Positions 25,923 to 34,720 of a stretch of DNA of 64,000 nt are shown one piece after another. The position numbers and the translations under genes are program-made. The notes below the pieces were generated by a model that saw only the letters and a list, made by a program, of their open reading frames with translations, was not told the DNA's origin and did not search any database. Numbering within the stretch: the first letter of the stretch is position 1; each line of letters opens with the position of its first letter. The stretch is from Candidatus Nomurabacteria bacterium (lineage in GTDB: Bacteria > Patescibacteriota > Minisyncoccia > Phycocordibacterales > UBA9973), in contig JACQGC010000004.1 in assembly GCA_016199805.1 (NCBI GenBank), positions 19,816 to 83,815 of the forward strand, given 5' to 3'.

Positions 25923-26717
25923 TTATTTTATCACTTTTTCAAACTCCTTCGGAATTTTAGATTCTATTTTTACTGTTTTGCCTTTCATATCTTTAAATTC
26001 TATGGATTTGGCATGCAGAAACATGCGGATTCCTTTTTTTTCCTCCCCTGCGAAGGGGAGGCGTAGGAGGGGTGAACTTTTTGGATTATAAAGCGCATCT
26101 CCCGCCACCGGATGATTTAAAAATTTCATATGCACGCGAATTTGATGTGTCCGACCGGTTTTTGGTTTTAGTTCCAAATAGGTAAATTTCCTCCCCTCCT
26201 TATTGAGGAGGGGCTTCGGGGTGGTGATTTCTAATCTCTTGAGTACTTTGTATTCCGTAATCGCCTCCCGCATCTCTCCCCTAGCGCCGCGACCTGCCAA
26301 GCGGCGGCGAAAATCCGAAGGACTGCGGCCAATGGGTTTGTTTATCACTCCGCGGTCTTCTTTTACCCAACCGTCTACAATAGCTACATAAGTTTTTTTA
26401 ATATCTCTGCCCATAAATTGATTTTTTAAAAACTCATGCGCTTTTTGGTTTTTTGCCAAAAGCATTACTCCGGAAGTTCCGCGGTCCAGTCTGTGAACAA
26501 TGCCCGGCCGGTCTATTTCCCCCATCGGCTCCCCTACACCTTTCATTTTCGGATAATTTTTGATTATCCAACTAGTGATAAAAGTTTCTTTTTTTTTGCC
26601 ATCAGCGCCTGCCCCGTAGTGAGCTTGCTCTACTGCGGGGTGCACAGAAATGCCCCAAGGCTTTTCAATGGCCAAAATGTCTTTATCTTCGTATAAAACT
26701 TTGATTTTCATATGCAT
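25923..26717 (-). CDS. RluA-family pseudouridine synthase
   Basis: PGIVHRLDRGTSGVMLLAKN catalytic motif; carries two in-frame palindromic-element insertions. Confidence 0.85.
   Translation of the reverse strand: MHMKIKVLYEDKDILAIEKPWGISVHPAVEQAHYGAGADGKKKETFITSWIIKNYPKMKGVGEPMGEIDRPGIVHRLDRGTSGVMLLAKNQKAHEFLKNQFMGRDIKKTYVAIVDGWVKEDRGVINKPIGRSPSDFRRRLAGRGARGEMREAITEYKVLKRLEITTPKPLLNKEGRKFTYLELKPKTGRTHQIRVHMKFLNHPVAGDALYNPKSSPLLRLPFAGEEKKGIRMFLHAKSIEFKDMKGKTVKIESKIPKEFEKVIK
26038..26076. repeat. palindromic element copy inserted in-frame in the RluA-family gene
   Basis: cctcccct-gcga-aggggagg followed by aggaggggtgaac; encodes ..SSPLLRLPFAGEEKKG.. Confidence 0.6.
26189..26228. repeat. second palindromic element copy inserted in-frame in the RluA-family gene
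   Basis: cccctcct-tattg-aggagggg followed by cttcggggtggtga; encodes ..TPKPLLNKEGRKF.. Confidence 0.6.
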
Positions 26718-26803
26718 TTTGATTATACACTTTCAACCAACCAAGAGCTATAAACCTTCACAATTTTTGACATATTTATAAATATGTGTTAAATTGAATA
26801 GGA

Positions 26804-27514
26804 ATGAGGAATAAATTGTTCTTTCTGACAATCATCGTCATGCTCATGACGCTGGTTAACGGCCCTGTGAGGGCCAGCGTAATATATGTTGGAATCGAAG
26901 ACACTGCCCTCCCGGGCGGCGACAAAGATTACCAAGACATCATCCTCACAATTTCCGGCGCCACATTGGCCGGAAATTACGGATGGAAACCCATGGTCGC
27001 TCCAAATTACGACGGTGTTCCGTATTTCGACGGCGCCTCGTATGACGGGCCACACATGGGATTCATGGACTTCGCGCTCGGCACCGGCGGCTTTGCCGGA
27101 AACCCGACGAGTCCACACCTGACACTCGCAACAACCAAGTTCTGGGGATCAACAACAGGAAGCTACGATGCCTCCACTCACTTCACCAGCAATGGTGCGG
27201 TGGACGAGAACGTGCTGATTGAAGTGTCTGCCTGGTCTGGACAAAACACCTTGGGCTGGGCCAATACCGCATCGCTTTGGTTGGTCAACTCTCTCTCCGC
27301 CGATGCCGGCGGAAGTGTGTCATTCCGTCCGGGGAGTGATTTTGTACTTGTGTTTAGTTCTCCCGGTGGAAACATGAACCAGAAATGCGACGGTGAGCAG
27401 TTCGCATTTTTGGAGTCAGACTCGGCCCCCGAACCGGCCTCCATGGCGCTCATCGGCGGCGGGTTGCTGGGCCTCGGTTTCTGGAGGCGCCGAAAGAAAC
27501 AAGCGAAGCAGTAA
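26804..27514 (+). CDS. PEP-CTERM sorting-domain protein (secreted, Gly/Ala-rich), high GC
   Basis: N-terminal signal peptide; C-terminal DSAPEPASMALIGGGLLGLGFWRRRKK (PEP motif, TM helix, basic tail). Confidence 0.7.
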   Translation: MRNKLFFLTIIVMLMTLVNGPVRASVIYVGIEDTALPGGDKDYQDIILTISGATLAGNYGWKPMVAPNYDGVPYFDGASYDGPHMGFMDFALGTGGFAGNPTSPHLTLATTKFWGSTTGSYDASTHFTSNGAVDENVLIEVSAWSGQNTLGWANTASLWLVNSLSADAGGSVSFRPGSDFVLVFSSPGGNMNQKCDGEQFAFLESDSAPEPASMALIGGGLLGLGFWRRRKKQAKQ

Positions 27515-27632
27515 AGCACCAAGAGGGCTGAACTCTATAATCAGCTGGGAACGGAATCTCCGCTCTCAAAACCCATATCTAAAGTCGTTAAGATTTTCTT
27601 TCTAGAAAAACCCTGGCGGCTTTTTTAGTTTG

Positions 27633-27705
27633 TGCCCTCGGGAGGAATCGAACCTCCATCAAAGCCTTAGAAGAGCTTCGTTTTATCCATTAAACTACGA
27701 GGGCA
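27633..27705 (-). tRNA. tRNA-Arg (anticodon TCT)
   Basis: GCCCTCG acceptor, D-arm TAGTTTAATGGATAAAAC, anticodon loop CTTCTAA, T-arm GGAGGTTCGATTCCTCC; CCA not encoded. Confidence 0.75.
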
Positions 27706-28632
27706 AAATGAGCGCATGTGCACATTCTGTCCCTAGATTGGAACACCATACAGAATATAGTTGTAAGGTGGAATCAAGTTCTAGGGGGATTAACTAACAA
27801 GTATAGTATGGCTTAAATAGGCTTATTCTGCAAGTGTTTTATTTCGCTTTGATATATAAAATTATTACCTTAATGGTAGTAGAGTAGTTAGAGCACCCCC
27901 CCCGACAAGGTTAAGTTTAGTGATTTTGCAAACACGATGATAACATAGCTTAAAATGCAAAACGTTGATAAATATGAGTGTTCATAAAAATTGATGTTAT
28001 CATTTGTTATTCTTTTTATGGTTATATAATTTAAGACTGAAGCACTTTCTAATTGATAACTATTGATAACATTCTTAGAAAAGAAAATTGCTTTATGGTG
28101 GGAAAATAAGAAACCGCCTGTAGAAGCTCGGCTTCTTACAAGCGGGATACACGCCCCCATTTTAGTTTCTTTCAACGATAATTCTTGTCTTGCTTGCCAG
28201 CTTGGCGATGTCGGAATCGTCTCCGAACAGGATGTCCAGAACAGGTTGCTCCACATCGGGGCAAGTTGTTGTCTTGCCAAGACAGCAAACGATGCTCTGC
28301 GTCACTCCTTCCAAGTCCAATCCTCTGGGGGCACTCACGATTCTTACGAGCATAGGAACTCCTTTCAGAAAACACACTAACACGATTATTTACTCTTGTC
28401 TAGGGCAACGCAATGTTTTATTTTTATAAAATAGCACTAGCAATAAAGGCAATAATCCCAACAAAAATCATCAGCTTGAAGGAAAAACTTAGCAATAAGC
28501 AAGAACAGGTGGCTCTTTATAGCCTTTTCTTTGAGGAGTTCCCAACGTATGAAGAAATTGTTAGTGGAACACCGAAACTAACCTTAATTTTCAAGTTAAA
28601 TCAAGAAATTACTGACCAAAAATCTGATATAG

Positions 28633-28705
28633 TGCGCGATGTAGGACTCGAACCTACGACCTTGATGGTGTAAACATCCTGCTCTACCAACTGAGCTAAT
28701 CGCGC
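28633..28705 (-). tRNA. tRNA-Val (anticodon TAC)
   Basis: GCGCGAT acceptor, D-arm TAGCTCAGTTGGTAGAGC, anticodon loop TTTACAC, T-arm GTAGGTTCGAGTCCTAC. Confidence 0.75.
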
Positions 28706-28806
28706 GCAACAAACTTACATAATATATTGTACAGAAAAATGCCCTAAAATCAAGGTGTGGATAACTGGACTGGTAAGTTATTTATATAATATAGTATACT
28801 CTACTT

Positions 28807-29478
28807 ATGAAACTAGTCGAAAAGGAAGAAGCAAGAGCTCTGCGCAAAAAAGGATATTCCATGAATCAAATTGTGGAAAAAACAAGTTTTACAAAATCCA
28901 GTGTAAGTTTGTGGGTTCGAGACATTGTGCTAACGAAAGCACAAAAGAAAAAAATATCTAAAAGAGGAAGGAGTATGGCTTCTGTGGAAAAAAGAAGAAT
29001 TAATCGCCTTTTCAATGAAAATGAAAAAAGACAAATTATTATTGATAATGCAAAAAAAGATTTTACTAAAATTTCCTTGGATGAATTAAAGATCATTGGA
29101 ATCATTTTATATCTAGGCGAGGGTGGAAAAACTAGCCGGGGAATGGTTCGCCTAGCCAATAGTGACCCTGCTGTAATAAAAATCATGATGAGATTTTTTA
29201 GAGAAATTTGTGGAGTTTTAGATAATAAATTTCGGGCGAGTATCCATACTTTTGCGCATGCAGACATAGAAAAAACAGAAAAATATTGGTCAGAAATTTC
29301 TAGGATACCACGTAAACAATTCTTTAAAACATATATAAAACCAAGTTCCGCGAGCTTACAAAAAAGAAACACTTTACCGTTTGGAACTTTTGATATCTAT
29401 GTTTGTGACACAAAACTTTTTTTAACTATTATGGGCTGGATAGAAAAGATAAAAGAATTAACGATTAACGGTAGGTAA
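28807..29478 (+). CDS. HTH-domain protein with possible degenerate LAGLIDADG-like core
   Basis: N-terminal HTH-like ARALRKKGYSMNQIVEKTSFTKSSVSLWVRDI; central IGIILYLGEGGKTS resembles a LAGLIDADG-type motif; adjacent to tRNA-Val. Confidence 0.35.
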   Translation: MKLVEKEEARALRKKGYSMNQIVEKTSFTKSSVSLWVRDIVLTKAQKKKISKRGRSMASVEKRRINRLFNENEKRQIIIDNAKKDFTKISLDELKIIGIILYLGEGGKTSRGMVRLANSDPAVIKIMMRFFREICGVLDNKFRASIHTFAHADIEKTEKYWSEISRIPRKQFFKTYIKPSSASLQKRNTLPFGTFDIYVCDTKLFLTIMGWIEKIKELTINGR

Positions 29479-29492
29479 TAATTTATAAAAAA

Positions 29493-29807
29493 CTACAGCG
29501 ATGGGTCAACGACTGGCGCGGGAGAACTCATAATTCGATTTGAATTTTCTTCTCTGATGGAAAAGAAGTTTAATACTTTATCAATGCGGTTCTTATCTAT
29601 CATCTTGCTTTGGCTGTTTCCTCCCCCGTTCGACAAGACAAACTCTTCGTTTATATGCGCAAAAAGATTGTAGCCAAAATAGAAAGCGAAAAGTATCATC
29701 ATAAATGTAATTCCAAGAAAAATTTTCCAATAAAAACCGGAGTCCAGTTTGAAATCTTTTTTCTTGAAACTATTTTCTCTTTTAAAAAATTTTATATTTA
29801 TATTCAT
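29493..29807 (-). CDS. small single-TM protein at the 3' end of the pilMNO cluster
   Basis: 104 aa; one TM helix (ITFMMILFAFYFGYNLFAHI); operon position after pilO. Confidence 0.3.
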   Translation of the reverse strand: MNINIKFFKRENSFKKKDFKLDSGFYWKIFLGITFMMILFAFYFGYNLFAHINEEFVLSNGGGNSQSKMIDKNRIDKVLNFFSIREENSNRIMSSPAPVVDPSL

Positions 29808-29819
29808 TGTAGTGTAATT

Positions 29820-30326
29820 TTACGGTACAAAACTTAAAAGATTTATTTTAAAAGTCACCTCCCATTTTTTATCCACTTTTTGCATATCCATCGAAAGAAA
29901 ATCGAGTTCGTATGGAGAATTTTCCAAAAGTGTCAGAAATTTATAGACGGATTCAAAACTGCCGGAAGCTTTCATCCCCACCGAAAGGCCGGCGTTGCCG
30001 GGCAAAGCGTCGACTGAACTTATTTCCGTTGTTACCCCGACCTTTGGAGCCAGCTTTTCGAGCGTATCCAAAAACGGCACAACATCGGAACTTTTAGCAA
30101 AATGTGTCTCCAGCATTCCCAAATCCGGAGCAATTTTTTGAAGTGAGCTGTTTAGAGATGTCGTTTCGTTACGCCTAGCCGCCTCTTCGCCCCACTTTGT
30201 CATGCCTTCCTGCGCCACTTGATTATTGTTGTTTATTTTTTTATATAAAAAGACAAAAACCACAGAAAGAACGACAAAAAGCAGTGCAGAGAAAATCAAT
30301 TGTGTTTTTGGGAAATTGTTTTTCAT
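29820..30326 (-). CDS. pilO: type IV pilus assembly protein PilO-like
   Basis: N-terminal TM plus coiled coil, ~168 aa, position after pilN. Confidence 0.5.
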   Translation of the reverse strand: MKNNFPKTQLIFSALLFVVLSVVFVFLYKKINNNNQVAQEGMTKWGEEAARRNETTSLNSSLQKIAPDLGMLETHFAKSSDVVPFLDTLEKLAPKVGVTTEISSVDALPGNAGLSVGMKASGSFESVYKFLTLLENSPYELDFLSMDMQKVDKKWEVTFKINLLSFVP

Positions 30327-30871
30327 TAGGAAGGAATCAGCATCAGGTTAAATTTAATATCGGACCCTTTGATAAAGTTTGAAATAGGTAAATCGACACT
30401 TTTGAAGGCCATACTTTCTTCCAGAGACTGACGAAACAAAAGCAACACCTCGCGGGACGGCGCCGTGCCGGTGACACTGATTTGTTTGCCCTTGGTGGAA
30501 TCATTTTGGTAAGAAATTTCGGTAATTTTAATATTGGGCATTTTTCTCAAGACAACCGCGCTGACAACTTTCAGTGAAAGAGGAAATTTATTTTTTTCCG
30601 CGCTTTCTACCAAGCCAAGCTTTTTGTTCATGTCTTGTATAGTGGAGAGTGCCTGCTCTCCCAACAGGGGCAATGGCTCCTTCTTTTGGGTTTCAAGCTT
30701 CATATTAACTTCGGAATTTTTCGCGACTGAAAGAAAGTATGAAGGTAAAATTGAAACCAAAGCGACAAAAACAGAAAAACTTACCATGGCCAAAAACAAG
30801 ACCAGGAGCCGATAGTAAAAATCCATGGTCATTTTTTTCTTCTCTTCTTTTGGAATCAGGTTAATCATCAT
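30326..30871 (-). CDS. pilN: type IV pilus assembly protein PilN-like
   Basis: MMINLIPKEEKKK...YYRLLVLFLAMVSFSVFVALVSILPSYFL typical PilN N-terminus; follows pilM. Confidence 0.55.
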   Translation of the reverse strand: MMINLIPKEEKKKMTMDFYYRLLVLFLAMVSFSVFVALVSILPSYFLSVAKNSEVNMKLETQKKEPLPLLGEQALSTIQDMNKKLGLVESAEKNKFPLSLKVVSAVVLRKMPNIKITEISYQNDSTKGKQISVTGTAPSREVLLLFRQSLEESMAFKSVDLPISNFIKGSDIKFNLMLIPS

Positions 30872-30884
30872 TATTTAGTATTAT

Positions 30885-31976
30885 TTAATTATTATAATCC
30901 ACCAAGGCCAGGCCGAGAGCGGTCGAAAACGAAAGCGCCTGTTTGAAGACCATTCCCGGAATGGAATTTTCCGTATTAGTGATATTTATCCAGACGTTGG
31001 CCATCTCGACTGGTGTCTTCATGCTGATGGAAATATAATCGGAGAGACCAATCAGGTTCGAATCGCCACCGCAAAGGATAATTTTTTTTATAAGCGGATT
31101 GCTTTTTCCTTCTTCGTCCCGATGCGTCTGCCAGTATATAAAATGTTTCGATATCTCGTCGCGCAGAACCGAAACACTGTTTAAAAGCACCGCGAAAATT
31201 TCTTTATTTTTTGCATTTCGTTCCAGCCCGTATTCCCGTTTCATTTTTTCCGCTTCTTCTAGGCTCACATTGAAACTTTTTTGAATTACGTTGTTCAAAA
31301 TTTCTCCACCCACATCGAGCGTGGAGGTAAACATGACAATACCGTTTGAGACAATGAAAATACCTGTGCGCTTTTTACCAAAATCGACAATCATGTATGT
31401 TTCCATGTCGCCGTCTTTGATGACCGCCCGCGAAATAGCTTGCGCTTCGAGCTCGAATGATTGAGCCGATATCTGGGCACGCTCGAAAATCAATAAATAG
31501 TTTTCGATTATATTTTTAGGAATGGCTGCCACTTGCACTTCCAAACTTTGCGCGTCTTCTTTTACCAAATCATAATCGAAAATCGCATCTTCCGCCTGAA
31601 TAGGAATATGTTCTTCTAGAGCAAGTTCAATTCCTTCTTTGACGTTCCGCAATCCCGCCCTTTCTAGTCGGAGCTGAAATAGATACACTTGTTCTTCCGG
31701 CAGGGAGACTCGGACAGAGTTTACGCCCTCTTCTTTCCGCAGACTTGTCAAAATTTCTTCCATTTTTCCCGGGTTTTTTATCTTACCGGATTCAATGACT
31801 CCGGGCGGAATAGGGCGTTCCCCGTACCGCCCCACCTGAAAACCATTTTTGGTCATAATCAATTCTAAAAATTTCAGAGATTCGTCGGAAATATCCAAAC
31901 CGAAGGAAGAAGCGGAAAGCATTTTGGGCACGGGAAAAAATTTAAAGAAGAATCTGTTGAATGAATTCTGAACCAT
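30885..31976 (-). CDS. pilM: type IV pilus assembly ATPase-like protein PilM (start uncertain)
   Basis: Actin-like fold signatures (FGLDISDESLKF, MIVDFGKKRTGIFIVSNG, LCGGDSNLIGL); the ORF-track N-terminus overlaps the upstream gene so a downstream Met is taken. Confidence 0.7.
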   Translation of the reverse strand: MVQNSFNRFFFKFFPVPKMLSASSFGLDISDESLKFLELIMTKNGFQVGRYGERPIPPGVIESGKIKNPGKMEEILTSLRKEEGVNSVRVSLPEEQVYLFQLRLERAGLRNVKEGIELALEEHIPIQAEDAIFDYDLVKEDAQSLEVQVAAIPKNIIENYLLIFERAQISAQSFELEAQAISRAVIKDGDMETYMIVDFGKKRTGIFIVSNGIVMFTSTLDVGGEILNNVIQKSFNVSLEEAEKMKREYGLERNAKNKEIFAVLLNSVSVLRDEISKHFIYWQTHRDEEGKSNPLIKKIILCGGDSNLIGLSDYISISMKTPVEMANVWINITNTENSIPGMVFKQALSFSTALGLALVDYNN

Positions 31977-31992
31977 ACCGATATTGTATCTT

Positions 31993-32337
31993 TTATTTTG
32001 CCCGTGCGCCAGCCGGAATTTCATTATTTGGCTCAAGTAAAGAAAATTTACCGTCTTCTGTAGAAACGGCTAGTATCATCCCCTGGCTTTCAATTCCCCG
32101 AATCATCCTGGGTTCCAAATTGGCGACAAACATGCATTTTTTACCCACTAAAACGGAGCAATCGGGAAAATACAAAGAAATTCCGGAAACAATTGTTCGT
32201 GGAGTGGCTTCACCCAAATCAACCGAGAGTTTCAAAAGCTTGTCTGTCTCCGGAACTTTTTCCGCCGACAAAATCTTCCCCACGGCGATATCTATTTTTT
32301 TAAAATCTTCTAATGTAATCATAAATACATTATACAC
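31993..32337 (-). CDS. tRNA-binding domain protein (CsaA/EMAP-like)
   Basis: DIAVGKILSAEKVPETDKLLKLSVDLGE...IVSGIS typical OB-fold tRNA-binding domain. Confidence 0.65.
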   Translation of the reverse strand: MYNVFMITLEDFKKIDIAVGKILSAEKVPETDKLLKLSVDLGEATPRTIVSGISLYFPDCSVLVGKKCMFVANLEPRMIRGIESQGMILAVSTEDGKFSLLEPNNEIPAGARAK

Positions 32338-32406
32338 CTCACCCCTTTCCCCTCTCCATTTTCTTAAAATGGAGAGGGGTGGCTCGCTTGCGAGACGGGG
32401 TGAGGT
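32336..32406. repeat. full-length intergenic palindromic element (reference copy)
   Basis: ACCTCACCCC-ttt-CCCCTCTCCATTTT-ctta-AAAATGGAGAGGGG-tgg-CTCGC-ttg-CGAG-ac-GGGGTGAGGT; nested inverted repeats. Confidence 0.7.
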
Positions 32407-32843
32407 TAATGGTTATTAATTTTATCAAGATAACGTTGCAATATCAAAGCCGCCGCGGAGGCGTCTATACGGCCGGACTTTATTTGCTTCACCCGGCTAT
32501 GCGAGTGGGAAGGACTCAAATCATTTTTGCTATTCCCTGCTTTGCGCGCTTCTACTGAAGTCAAAAATTCTTTTTGTTTATGAATGGGTAAATTGAATTT
32601 CTCCTGCAACTCCAAAATAAAAACTTCAATCCGTCCCGACAAAGCATTCAACTTCCCAGAAAAATCGATTGATTCCCCGATGACTATTTCTTTTATATTT
32701 TCTTTTTTGATTATCTCGGCAAACTTTTTAAGAACGTTTGCATCGTTCAAAACAATCTCCTTAGGAAAAGCCAAGGTGTGATTTTCGTCCGAAATAGCCA
32801 CCCCAATCCGCTTTGTGCCGTAATCAATGCCTAAAAATCTCAT
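32406..32843 (-). CDS. ruvX: Holliday junction resolvase-like protein RuvX/YqgF
   Basis: MRFLGIDYGTKRIGVAISD N-terminus, ~145 aa. Confidence 0.85.
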   Translation of the reverse strand: MRFLGIDYGTKRIGVAISDENHTLAFPKEIVLNDANVLKKFAEIIKKENIKEIVIGESIDFSGKLNALSGRIEVFILELQEKFNLPIHKQKEFLTSVEARKAGNSKNDLSPSHSHSRVKQIKSGRIDASAAALILQRYLDKINNH

Positions 32844-32912
32844 AAATAAATACTAGCATAAATAAGCCTTTTCTGGTATATTTTAAAAGTTGAAAAAAGA
32901 ATAGCTCTTGAC

Positions 32913-32997
32913 GGAAACGTGGCGGAGTGGTCTAACGCACTTGTCTTGAAAACAAGAGTGCCGCAAGGCACCGTGAGTTCGAATCTCACCGTTTCCG
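32913..32997 (+). tRNA. tRNA-Ser (anticodon TGA), class II
   Basis: GGAAACG acceptor, anticodon stem-loop CTTGT-CTTGAAA-ACAAG, long variable arm, T-arm GTGAGTTCGAATCTCAC. Confidence 0.8.
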
Positions 32998-33007
32998 CTT
33001 GTACAAA

Positions 33008-33040
33008 AACGAGCACAATTTTATTTGTGCCGTTTTTTTG
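33008..33040 (+). terminator. rho-independent terminator after tRNA-Ser
   Basis: GCACAA-TTTTATT-TGTGC hairpin followed by TTTTTTT. Confidence 0.55.
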
Positions 33041-33703
33041 TTTAGCGTAAACGAGCGAGCAAACTGCTTTGCTCGTGTGTGAGATGAGAAAGATTTTTCG
33101 TTGCAAAATGACTGAAAAGAATTTTGCCGAAAAGTACCCGCCGCAGTATCGGCGAATCTCACCACCTCCACCTGACACATAAAAGGAGAGCTGGTCAGGC
33201 TCCCCGATTTGTTTTGCGACCGCTCACGATTCATTTATTTTTTTGTGCCCCACCCAAGCACTCATCACACGGGGGACCGAAGCGGCCCGGCCCCACACAA
33301 ATCAAGGAATTGTAGTAATCCGGATGCTTCTTCTGACACGCCCTGTCAGCGATTTGTCTTATTTGCTCTGACCTTAGGCGTTTTTTTACGATTTTTTTTG
33401 GCATATTTTGCCTCCACATACTATGGTACACTTTTATAAAAAAAATAAAACCCTGAGGATTTTAAAAAATTCGTTCCAACTTTACATCACCTCTTCCGCA
33501 AACGAATTTTATGCTAAAATATCTACGAGCTGCACAAAGTGTGGATTTTGATTGATGCGGGTCGAAAGACCTAAAAAGGCTGTGCTCCGGAGTATCGGAG
33601 GACAATCGGGGTAGCTAATCCCCAGGATAAAAGAGGGCTATGCGACCACTGCTATGCCCTCTCTCTTTTTATGCTTTGTTAAAAACTTTGATATAATAAA
33701 TTC

Positions 33704-34120
33704 ATGGATCAATTTAACCAACCACCTTCCAAAAAAGAGAAAATTAAAAAAACACAACAGGAAAAAGATGCTGATTGGCTAGAGAAGTTTCAAATAAAAA
33801 ACACACCGGGATATATAAAAATGGCAGACTGTCGTGAGTTTTCGGAAGAAGATACAAGTTCTTTTATGTCACTTATTAACGCATTTAAAACAAAGCATTC
33901 CCTGGAAGTTCTGTCGGCTACGACAGATGCTGATGAGGAAACTCAAAAAATCAGAATGGCGGCCAAGGAAGATCTAAATAAAATTTTTGCTTTACTTAAA
34001 AAATTGCAAAATGAAACCAAAATTAACCAACCACAATTTGAAGAATTAAATAAAGAATATAGAGAAATCTCTCAAGCCATAGGAATATTGAGTGATGAAA
34101 AGATTGATCACACTCGCTAA
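33704..34120 (+). CDS. hypothetical protein
   Basis: 138-aa ORF with a TATAAT-like box ~10 nt upstream; charged/helical; no recognisable motif. Confidence 0.35.
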   Translation: MDQFNQPPSKKEKIKKTQQEKDADWLEKFQIKNTPGYIKMADCREFSEEDTSSFMSLINAFKTKHSLEVLSATTDADEETQKIRMAAKEDLNKIFALLKKLQNETKINQPQFEELNKEYREISQAIGILSDEKIDHTR

Positions 34121-34164
34121 CTTTCTTTTTTGAATTGATAGCTTTTGTATTTAAATAGAGAAAT

Positions 34165-34608
34165 TTATTTTTTCAGCGCATGGATATCTTTCAGTATTTC
34201 CTCTCCATGATGCGCGGGGTCTACTTTATCATACGCTTTTTCTATCATTCCGTCGGGGCCGATGAGGTACGAGATTCTTTTATTAAAAAGAGTTCCATCT
34301 GCGCCGTACATTTTTATCACTTCTTTTTTCGGGTCGGATAGTAAAGTAAACGGCAACCGATATTTTTCCGCAAATTCTTTATGGCTTTCCACGGAATCGG
34401 CGCTGATGCCGAAAACTTTCACGCCATTGGTTTCAAAATCTTTATACATATCGCGGATGACGCAAGCCTCTTTGGTGCAGCCCGGTGTATCATCTTTTGG
34501 ATAAAAATAAACCAGCACATAATGCCCTCGCTCCCCCGAAAGAGAATACTCTTTACCATTTTGGTCCGGGAGTTTAAAATCCGGCGCTGGTGTTTTTATA
34601 TCTAACAT
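34165..34608 (-). CDS. bcp: thiol peroxidase/peroxiredoxin Bcp
   Basis: FYPKDDTPGCTKEAC active-site motif. Confidence 0.85.
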   Translation of the reverse strand: MLDIKTPAPDFKLPDQNGKEYSLSGERGHYVLVYFYPKDDTPGCTKEACVIRDMYKDFETNGVKVFGISADSVESHKEFAEKYRLPFTLLSDPKKEVIKMYGADGTLFNKRISYLIGPDGMIEKAYDKVDPAHHGEEILKDIHALKK

Positions 34609-34661
34609 CTTTCTCTTTTATTTTTTACAACTGAAGAAATAGTTAATTTTTCCCCTCGCAC

Positions 34662-34693
34662 AAAAAACACCCCGACCATCGGGGTGTTTTTTG
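34662..34693. terminator. bidirectional rho-independent terminator
   Basis: CACCCCG-ACCAT-CGGGGTG hairpin flanked by an A-run and a T-run. Confidence 0.6.
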
Positions 34694-34720
34694 TGCTAAT
34701 TATTTTCGACCTAAATAGTT

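Noticed and set aside
27960-28080. Cluster of TTGATAAC/GATAAC-like repeats considered as DnaA boxes or a replication origin
   Set aside because: The repeats do not match the TTATCCACA consensus well, and there is no dnaA/dnaN nearby. The region lies between two tRNAs amid degraded sequence, so it is more simply a remnant or AT-rich spacer.
28413-28673. ORF 28413-28673 (+) 86 aa
   Set aside because: Its 3' end runs across tRNA-Val on the opposite strand. It has no supporting signals and is likely spurious.
31993-32036. Apparent 44-nt overlap between pilM and the tRNA-binding protein gene
   Set aside because: Probably an artefact of the longest-ORF N-terminus. Internal Met codons (MVQN.. or MLSASSFGLDI..) give a PilM start downstream of the neighbour's stop. 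PilM was annotated with a shorter extent and flagged as uncertain.
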